This document shows positions 24,784 through 31,317 of a DNA stretch of 31,317 nucleotides, piece after piece; within the stretch, counting starts at the first letter, position 1, and each line of letters starts with the position of its first letter. The notes under the pieces are model-generated. The model searched no databases and was not told where the DNA came from. It saw only the letters and a list, made by a program, of their open reading frames with translations. A program made the position numbers and the translations under genes. The stretch comes from an archaeon (GTDB lineage: Archaea > Iainarchaeota > Iainarchaeia > Iainarchaeales > CSSED10-239). The stretch covers positions 1 through 31,317 of the forward strand of contig JBBABY010000013.1 of the NCBI GenBank assembly GCA_041657425.1, written 5' to 3'.

Positions 24784-24813
24784 GAAAAAAAGACCTCTAT
24801 CTAATAGAGATCT
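24784..24813 (-). terminator. Stem-loop plus oligo-T directly after, and overlapping, the stop of the 658-aa gene
   Basis: Minus strand AGATCTCTAT-TAG-ATAGAGGTCT (10-bp stem with one G-U pair; 24791..24813), followed by a T run of 6-7 and CCTTTCCTTTT. Confidence 0.45.
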
Positions 24814-26788
24814 AACTTTGGAGGGTACATCCGCTAATCAAAAATGTCTTTGAAAATCGTGATCCTGTTTTTATATCATAGGTTGTCATATTTATTTTTA
24901 TATTTGTTGGGGCCGTGCCTTTTGTAAAATCGCTAGTTATCCAAATTGGTGTTGGTGTCTGGCGATAGTTATAATTACCAGGAATACAACCAGTAGTTGG
25001 ATCTGATTCTAATCCTACATTTGCACACCAGTAATAATATCCTGCAGATTGTGTTGAAAACCAGGCATTATATTGCACATGGATATTATAAGTAGTAGAA
25101 GTAAAAGGGACAATTCCTGGCACAACTGTGTAAGTGCAAGCTTGCTGAGAAATATCTATATCCGATGAATTATTATAGAAGTTCATAATTGTTGCAGCCG
25201 CTCTAGCTTTATTAGAACTAGGATTAGCTAAATTCGTATATATTACCAAAATTCCTTTCTTCGTAGTCATTTTTTTAATATGTATCCTTTTTGTTAATGA
25301 ACCACTGCTATCTGTAGTTACTGTAAAATTATTACTTAAAGTTTCTCCAATTGTAGCTCCTACTATTGCTGATGACAAATCAGAACAATCAGACCAACCT
25401 GAAGGATCTGAATAACCTAGATATTCGTGCTCAGAATCGCTATAACCCATAGTACATTCTTTAATTGTAACTTTATAATTTTGATTTGGACCTCCAGAAC
25501 TTAATCGAAGATCTATTGGCACATATTTACCTATACCAATGTGTCTTCTATCTGGTCTGTAAGAACTATTTTGAGTGTAATCAGGAAATGGTGCATAATC
25601 AAATACTTTATAGCCAACTTCTGGTGGATATGTTGAAGAATATTCTGCTCCTGTTTTTCTCTCCCAAGTTGAATCAAATGTCTGATATGTAAGTAAATTT
25701 CTAAAAGCAAATGCTCCGAAATTATTAGATGCATAAATTGGCACATAATAAGTGTTACCATTACCATCATAAATCATATAGTATTTTCCAGTTACGGCAG
25801 TAAGTCCCGAAGCAGAATTATCTGTTTCTAAACTACCTATTCTATTTCTTAAATCTGAGCTTAAATGATCTATTTCGATACTTTCATTACTAATATCTAA
25901 ATATTCATTTGTAACATTAGTTATATTAAACTGCAAATTATCAAGATAAGTCATAACCTCTTCAGAAAAATGATTTAAATTAATTGCTCCAATTGCTATA
26001 TTATCTCCAATTATTGCGCCAGACTTTAATTTTATTTTTCCTGCGGTTTGTGAATATTGAGTTCCATTAATATAACATCCTGCATTTGGACAGGCAGTAA
26101 ATTGAGTAGGCAAAAAATCACTTAAAACAAGGCCTGATCCCCCTGTACCATTATTGATAGGTGTCCATACATAACTTCCTGACGACACATCAGAAGAAGA
26201 ACATTGTTTTAAAACACCGTCTACTACCATTATGTCCCCCTTACTATTAGAATTACAAATCCCCTGCGTACCTTCAATTTTTGACGTTAATTTATCAGCG
26301 CCAATTACATTTTCTGTAACATTTGGATTTGGCAAAACTATTGTTGTTTCAAGTAAATATGAAGGAGATGTATCTTGCTTTATTTTAACTTTAAAGTCTA
26401 ATGTAGTTGTGGTAGTTATTGGTGCAATAAAACCAGTAATTATTCCGTTCTTTAATCCACTTTTAATTAACTCTGCAGTTAAATTACTATTACTATAGAC
26501 TATCTGATTATTAGGAGAATAAATTTCTAAAGTACAGCCACTTGGAGCAACAGCAAAAAATAATTTTTCAAATAAATTACCTTGAGATAAATTGCCTCCA
26601 ATACCAGTATCATTTGTTGATGTTCCTGAACTCCAAGTTCCTGTTCCGCCAGAACAAGCCGCGTTTAACGCAGGAGTTATTACTAAATCACCAGTTATAC
26701 GATACTGTTTTGTTATAGATCCTGCAAAGATTAAATTTAAAGACAATAGTCCAATTACTAAAATTAATAATGTTTTTGAAATTTTCAT
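24812..26788 (-). CDS. Secreted protein of unknown function (658 aa, Sec-type signal peptide)
   Basis: MKISKTLLILVIGLLSLNLIFAG|S is a signal peptide. GGTGA lies 8 nt upstream of the ATG. The protein is Ser/Thr/Asn/Gly-rich with many Cys, and I recognise no family signature. Confidence 0.75.
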   Translation of the reverse strand: MKISKTLLILVIGLLSLNLIFAGSITKQYRITGDLVITPALNAACSGGTGTWSSGTSTNDTGIGGNLSQGNLFEKLFFAVAPSGCTLEIYSPNNQIVYSNSNLTAELIKSGLKNGIITGFIAPITTTTTLDFKVKIKQDTSPSYLLETTIVLPNPNVTENVIGADKLTSKIEGTQGICNSNSKGDIMVVDGVLKQCSSSDVSSGSYVWTPINNGTGGSGLVLSDFLPTQFTACPNAGCYINGTQYSQTAGKIKLKSGAIIGDNIAIGAINLNHFSEEVMTYLDNLQFNITNVTNEYLDISNESIEIDHLSSDLRNRIGSLETDNSASGLTAVTGKYYMIYDGNGNTYYVPIYASNNFGAFAFRNLLTYQTFDSTWERKTGAEYSSTYPPEVGYKVFDYAPFPDYTQNSSYRPDRRHIGIGKYVPIDLRLSSGGPNQNYKVTIKECTMGYSDSEHEYLGYSDPSGWSDCSDLSSAIVGATIGETLSNNFTVTTDSSGSLTKRIHIKKMTTKKGILVIYTNLANPSSNKARAAATIMNFYNNSSDIDISQQACTYTVVPGIVPFTSTTYNIHVQYNAWFSTQSAGYYYWCANVGLESDPTTGCIPGNYNYRQTPTPIWITSDFTKGTAPTNIKINMTTYDIKTGSRFSKTFLISGCTLQS

Positions 26789-26856
26789 TTTTTATTCACC
26801 GTTTTATTTTTATTCTCCTATATTTTTATATAAATTTGTTTTTTAAATATATGTTT

Positions 26857-28407
26857 TTATTCTGTAACATATACTGTTAATGTTCCATAAGGATTAGTAG
26901 TAGTTCCTGATGATTGATCAGCATATACTTTTAATAGGCCATAACCATTATTTTGCCAATAATCTGTATTATATCCTAATCCCCCCATTGGTAATGCACA
27001 AGCTTGAAGAACTCCATAACCTGATGCAAAACTATTACAATTACCTGATTTAAATAATAAATCATAACCTACATAAAAAAGTGTATATTTTCCATTAAAT
27101 ATTGCATTTACTGGTTTTAGATTATCTTGTGATTGATACATTGCTTTTGGACAAGTTGTAGGAAGTAATTTATAATACACATTTGTTCCATTTACAATAT
27201 CATAACCGGAAATTGCTCTAGTCAAATCAATATTACAATTAATACTGTCTGTAAAAGTAATAGTGGGATTTGTTAATAAATTTTGAGTCATACTTGCGAT
27301 TTTTATATTAAATTCTTCTCCAACATATTGAGTTGGGGGATTTATAGTTAAATAAGCCACAGTTGGATCAGATTTATAAATATTAATCATTTTCTCATCT
27401 TTGCTTTGAATAGAAATTCCATCTATTACTTTTGTGGCATATACTATTACTTTCTGTTCTCCTATAATTTCTGGCAAAGTTAATGTAGCTAAATCAAAAG
27501 AATAATTACAAGACTTATCTACAGATACAAATCTATCTCCAATATGCCATTCACAAGAAATTCCGGTAGTTCCAAAATCAAGTTCTGTAGCAGTTAATTG
27601 GATACTTTGATTATTAAAATATGCTTGTCCTTCAATTGGGCTAGTGATTGAAATATTAAAAACTGGAGTTGGTGGTGGAGGAATTAACCCAGAAGTGATT
27701 ATTTTAGTAATTGCCCCAGATAATGTTGGAGTTGTTAATTCATTTGGGGTAACTCCCGAAAATGAAAATGTATATGTTCCGGGAGTTTTACAAGTAAAAT
27801 CAAATGTATTCTCAATAGATCCTGCTGGAATCGTTTGATTTAATCTTCCTAAATTAGTAAATGTATTATTATATACTCCATTATAAGAACAATTTGAAGT
27901 TGGAGACCCTGTAGAATCAGAGATATCTAATTTGCCAACATTTCCTAAATCATAACTTGAATTCGCAACTTTTACTTTTATTCCAAAACTCGCATCTATT
28001 GCCGAATTTCCTGTTGGATCTAATGTTAATTGTAAAGTTGCAAAATCTGGTATTGTATCAGGGCAGTCTATTGGACAAGATCCATAATTTTCCGAAGGAG
28101 GTAAACAAAGACCATCTCCACAGCTACAATCATCTGGACAATTGCCATTATCTTCTCCTAATGAAGTTTCACAATTACCATTTCTATTACAAATTACTGA
28201 TGGAATGTTTGGAACATTTGGATGACCTGTTCCATCACCTAACTGATCTTCAAAACCATCAAGGACGCTTGCAACTTTTGAACTATCAGAAATATTTTTA
28301 TTTATACTACTAATATAATATGCTCCAAAAACTATTGAACCAATTACAACTACCCCAAGAATTGCTAAAACTTCAATAGAAACTTGTCCTTTTTTTCCTG
28401 ATAACAT
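26857..28407 (-). CDS. Surface protein with class III (type IV pilin-like) signal peptide and CPxDC cysteine modules (516 aa)
   Basis: MLSGKKG|QVSIEVLAILGVVVIGSIVFGAYY fits the QxSxExxxL-type class III signal. It is followed by CNRNGNCETSLGEDNGNCPDDCSCGDGLCLPPSENYGSCPIDC, a PPPP linker and beta-rich Ig-like segments. AGGTG upstream. Confidence 0.8.
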   Translation of the reverse strand: MLSGKKGQVSIEVLAILGVVVIGSIVFGAYYISSINKNISDSSKVASVLDGFEDQLGDGTGHPNVPNIPSVICNRNGNCETSLGEDNGNCPDDCSCGDGLCLPPSENYGSCPIDCPDTIPDFATLQLTLDPTGNSAIDASFGIKVKVANSSYDLGNVGKLDISDSTGSPTSNCSYNGVYNNTFTNLGRLNQTIPAGSIENTFDFTCKTPGTYTFSFSGVTPNELTTPTLSGAITKIITSGLIPPPPTPVFNISITSPIEGQAYFNNQSIQLTATELDFGTTGISCEWHIGDRFVSVDKSCNYSFDLATLTLPEIIGEQKVIVYATKVIDGISIQSKDEKMINIYKSDPTVAYLTINPPTQYVGEEFNIKIASMTQNLLTNPTITFTDSINCNIDLTRAISGYDIVNGTNVYYKLLPTTCPKAMYQSQDNLKPVNAIFNGKYTLFYVGYDLLFKSGNCNSFASGYGVLQACALPMGGLGYNTDYWQNNGYGLLKVYADQSSGTTTNPYGTLTVYVTE

Positions 28408-28474
28408 CTTTGTTGCACCTTTTAATATAATCTATAACTAAAATAAATGATAAAAGTATTTATAAATGGTATTG

Positions 28475-29503
28475 TTATTTATTCATTTCTTGAGTTGGAA
28501 TTAATTTCTTTTCTGCCTTAACTTTATTATTATTTTTTCTTGTAATTGTATAATTTTCAGTCATAAGCTCACTAGATTCCCAAATTATTGTTGCTTCTAA
28601 TAAATCTGATAGACTCTTTACACTAGCTGTACCTCTATTATCTAATGGACTTCCAAATGTAGGACCTACATAAAGATATGCTTTTGCTTTTAATGTTTTT
28701 GATGAACTTATTGTTATTGGACTGGTGTATGTTTGACTTGTTCTTAAATTTGGAATACTCCCATCAAGAGTATACTTTATTATTGCACCTTCTGTTTCAG
28801 TCATTAACTCCACAGTTATTGGTTGAGAATAATTTCCTCCATCAATGCTTGCTTCTGGTGGATATACTGCTGGACTATTTGTAACAGTAACTGTATAATT
28901 TCGTGTGCCAGTTACTGAACTTACTGTATAGTTTACTGAATTAATAAAACTTTGAGAGATCCCACTTTCTGGATAAACAGTACACCCCTCTTCAACTATT
29001 ATTATTGGAGTTAAACCACTTCTATTTACTCCGTATGGAATGATTATATTTATTATATTGTAATCATTATTTATTACTGTTTGACTTTCTACTTCTTGAA
29101 AAGTAAAACTTAATATTAAGTTTTGTGGAGCGTTACCTGTAGTATAATTGTAAGTTACTACTTGGCTTGGTGCATATCCTGTTTTGTATGCAATTAAATT
29201 TAAAGTAAAATTATGATCTATCATTATTGGGGCGGCATATATTGTTGAAAACTCATTTGGAGTTGTTCCATTTATTGTGTATCTAATTGTTGCGCCTGCA
29301 GTTGTAGTATACGCTTCAGTTATAGTTCCATAATTATAATATCCTGATTGAAGAGTGGATATTGGATTGTTTACAACTAATACTTGATAATTATAAGTTG
29401 CTGTTGCACTTGGCTCGTAACCTGTCTTGTAAGCTTTTGCTTTAATATTTGTTGTTTGAAAAATATTTATTGCTGTTGAATAAATGCTTGATGATTCAGT
29501 TGG
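28475..29503 (-). CDS. C-terminal remainder of the M6-like protease paralog B, in the -1 frame (CHB_HEX_C-like repeats); not an independent gene
   Basis: The frame is open from 29503 to the stop at 28475. Hand translation gives PTESSSIYSTAINIFQTTNIKAKAYKTGYEPSATATYNY..AGATIRYTINGTTPNEFSTIYAAPIMIDHNF... This continues the repeat interrupted at 29504. The track's ATG at 29224 is an internal Met. Confidence 0.7.
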   Translation of the reverse strand, partial: PTESSSIYSTAINIFQTTNIKAKAYKTGYEPSATATYNYQVLVVNNPISTLQSGYYNYGTITEAYTTTAGATIRYTINGTTPNEFSTIYAAPIMIDHNFTLNLIAYKTGYAPSQVVTYNYTTGNAPQNLILSFTFQEVESQTVINNDYNIINIIIPYGVNRSGLTPIIIVEEGCTVYPESGISQSFINSVNYTVSSVTGTRNYTVTVTNSPAVYPPEASIDGGNYSQPITVELMTETEGAIIKYTLDGSIPNLRTSQTYTSPITISSSKTLKAKAYLYVGPTFGSPLDNRGTASVKSLSDLLEATIIWESSELMTENYTITRKNNNKVKAEKKLIPTQEMNK

Positions 29504-31317
29504 CTACTGTTATCCAGAGTATATCTGATTGTTGCACCAGATGTTGCTGTGCTTAAAATTACTTGACTATTATAATCTATTACTCCAGAAACCTGATTTG
29601 CTGTTGGAGTTGCAACTGTTCCAGTAACTGTATAAACACTTGTCATTACATCACTAACATAAAAATTATTTTTTTTAGCAATTGCTTTTATTGTTGTTAC
29701 TGCATTAGCAGGAGCAGTTATTGGGGTTGTATAAATGGATGATGAAGTTGTTGGAGTGCTTCCATTTGTAGTATAATAAATTGTTGCGCCAGGAGTTGAT
29801 GTACTTAAAGTTATTTGAGTTGGAACATAATACACTTGAGCCGAAGATGGGCTAGTTACTGGAGTTGCCGTTTCTTCACCAACAAGCATCTTTGCAGTCA
29901 TTATTGATTGATTAGATGAAGAAATTGCTGTAAACCTTATCTTTGGATTTTGAACACCACTATACGTACTAGTTGTTCTATCCAAAATCCCGTATGGTGC
30001 ACACAAATATTGGTTTTCATCGAAATATTTAAATGAATCACAACTATTTATTATGTCATCAAAATATAAATCATTTGGGAAAATTAAAATACTTGTAGAA
30101 TTAATTGTATTTTCTTCATATAATACTCCTGGCCAAGAAACTGTATCATTAAAATAATTATTATCTCTATCCCAGTTTACCCAATTGTTTGGATAGTCAA
30201 ATTCAATTTTGTTTTCATCAACATGATAGATTGCAAATCCACCATAAGTGGTTGGAGCATTAATAAACATACAATTGTCTAAATTACTAGAATCGCTATG
30301 ATTTCTATAACGATTTTCAATTATAAAATATTCTCTTGCACCCATATTGCTATTTCTTAAAATCACTGCGTCTGGATAATCGTTTATACTTCTTAGACTT
30401 ATTTCTTTATTGCTGTCTGTTGTTAATTCTATTGGAGCAACCCAACCTAAAAAATATCTAGACCAAACATCAAGATTAATTGGCTTATTTAAACAATATA
30501 CTTCTTCAAACATCATCATTGACATTCCTGACAATGGACCATTATCTATCTGCCCTTGTGGGCCAATAGCATACAAATCTGGAAGACCAAGAACGTGTGC
30601 AAACTCATGAGTAGTTACAGAGATTTCAAATTGATTTGATTGTCTTACTCCCTTTTCTGGAACTAGTGCTACATTCCCTAGATATTTCCCGTCTACTATA
30701 TTTTGAGTATATTGTTTTAATATTCTAGTGTGTGGCCAAACAGCAGTTGGTGCAATTCCCCCAACACCTGGATAAATTATAACAAATCCATCTATTCTTC
30801 CATCATTGTCATTATCATATTGACTAAAATTAACATTACTGCCGCCAGTAGTGGAATTAAATAAATTTATAGAATCTAATACTAATTGAAAATTTCTAGA
30901 ACTGTTTAAACTATACCAAGAATAGGTTTGCGGTGCAGTTCGCCAATCGTAAACATCATAAATAATATTTAAATCTCCATAGGATTGCTTTGTATAATAT
31001 TTGCTTACACTTATTCCTTGGCCATTTAAATAATTAGAACTATTAAATGATTCATTTATTGCGCTTTGTGTTTGAGTAGACAGATTGTCTGTAAATTGAA
31101 CTAGAAGAACCGGGATATGTATTGTCCCTGTTAATGGAGCAGTTCCCCAAATGTTTGTTACACTTGAATTACGATTTATTGGAGCTTTCCTTTTTAATAA
31201 TTGTTTATAAGTTCTTAAATTTAAACCTTGCTTTCTTAATTCGCTTTCTGGAGGATATAAAACATCATTATATTTCTCTAGAACAGTCATTGCATTATCT
31301 TCTGAACCCTTTGTTAT
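29467..31317 (-). CDS. M6-like zinc metalloprotease paralog B. The N-terminus runs off the window, and the reading frame is broken at about 29503 by a 1-nt frameshift
   Basis: TTHEFAHVLGLPDLY (HExxH), colinear with paralog A. The frame stays open upstream of the track's Met (ITKGSEDNA-MTVLEKY), and no signal peptide is in the window. C-terminal GATIYYTTNGSTPTTSSSIYTTPI repeats resemble chitobiase/hexosaminidase C-terminal domains. Confidence 0.8.
   Translation of the reverse strand: MTKGSEDNAMTVLEKYNDVLYPPESELRKQGLNLRTYKQLLKRKAPINRNSSVTNIWGTAPLTGTIHIPVLLVQFTDNLSTQTQSAINESFNSSNYLNGQGISVSKYYTKQSYGDLNIIYDVYDWRTAPQTYSWYSLNSSRNFQLVLDSINLFNSTTGGSNVNFSQYDNDNDGRIDGFVIIYPGVGGIAPTAVWPHTRILKQYTQNIVDGKYLGNVALVPEKGVRQSNQFEISVTTHEFAHVLGLPDLYAIGPQGQIDNGPLSGMSMMMFEEVYCLNKPINLDVWSRYFLGWVAPIELTTDSNKEISLRSINDYPDAVILRNSNMGAREYFIIENRYRNHSDSSNLDNCMFINAPTTYGGFAIYHVDENKIEFDYPNNWVNWDRDNNYFNDTVSWPGVLYEENTINSTSILIFPNDLYFDDIINSCDSFKYFDENQYLCAPYGILDRTTSTYSGVQNPKIRFTAISSSNQSIMTAKMLVGEETATPVTSPSSAQVYYVPTQITLSTSTPGATIYYTTNGSTPTTSSSIYTTPITAPANAVTTIKAIAKKNNFYVSDVMTSVYTVTGTVATPTANQVSGVIDYNSQVILSTATSGATIRYTLDNSSQLNHQAFIQQQ

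Noticed and set aside
25531-25770. A 79-aa minus-strand ORF inside the 658-aa gene
   Set aside because: It is in an alternative frame fully embedded in the longer ORF, with no SD and an implausible composition.
28475-29224. The 249-aa ORF as an independent gene starting at Met 29224
   Set aside because: The frame is open a further 93 codons upstream to 29503 with no start codon. The upstream residues continue the interrupted CHB_HEX_C-like repeat of the preceding protease, so this is the tail of a frameshifted gene.
1-31317. The two protease paralogs as terminal direct repeats of a mobile element or composite transposon
   Set aside because: There is no transposase, integrase or target-site duplication. 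The intervening cargo is the essential ribosomal superoperon. Duplication plus gene conversion is the simpler explanation.

Overview
A 31.3 kb, strongly AT-rich window in which every gene I can support is on the minus strand. The core (5367..24464) is an extremely compact archaeal ribosomal-protein superoperon running uL3 to uS2, with 37 protein genes plus tRNA-Leu(UAA). It includes archaeal/eukaryotic-only proteins (eS4, eL32, eL19, eL34, eL14, eL18), aSUI1, RNase P protein Rpp29, SecY, a DUF106 (YidC/Oxa1-like) membrane protein, and RNA polymerase subunits D and N. Two genes missing from the ORF track were recovered by hand: zinc-type uS14 and a 52-aa eL14-like protein. Five track starts were moved from GTG/TTG to ATG codons preceded by GGTGA-type Shine-Dalgarno motifs. 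Genes usually found in this cluster (adk, cmk, rpoK, eno) are absent, and several r-proteins carry low-complexity tails. I infer a small-genome, DPANN-like archaeon, but this is not proven. The unusual content sits on both flanks. Each flank has a secreted M6-like zinc metalloprotease paralog and a large surface protein with a class III (type IV pilin-like) signal peptide KKG|Q..E followed by CPxDC-type cysteine modules. The 879-aa copy also carries GLUG and DUF285/BspA repeats. A TrmB-family regulator and a 658-aa orphan secreted protein sit next to these. The two protease genes share near-identical DNA tracts about 29.8 kb apart. The right-hand protease is split by a 1-nt frameshift inside a repeat domain. 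A GC-rich structured element follows the tRNA. No CRISPR array, rRNA, transposase or integrase was seen.
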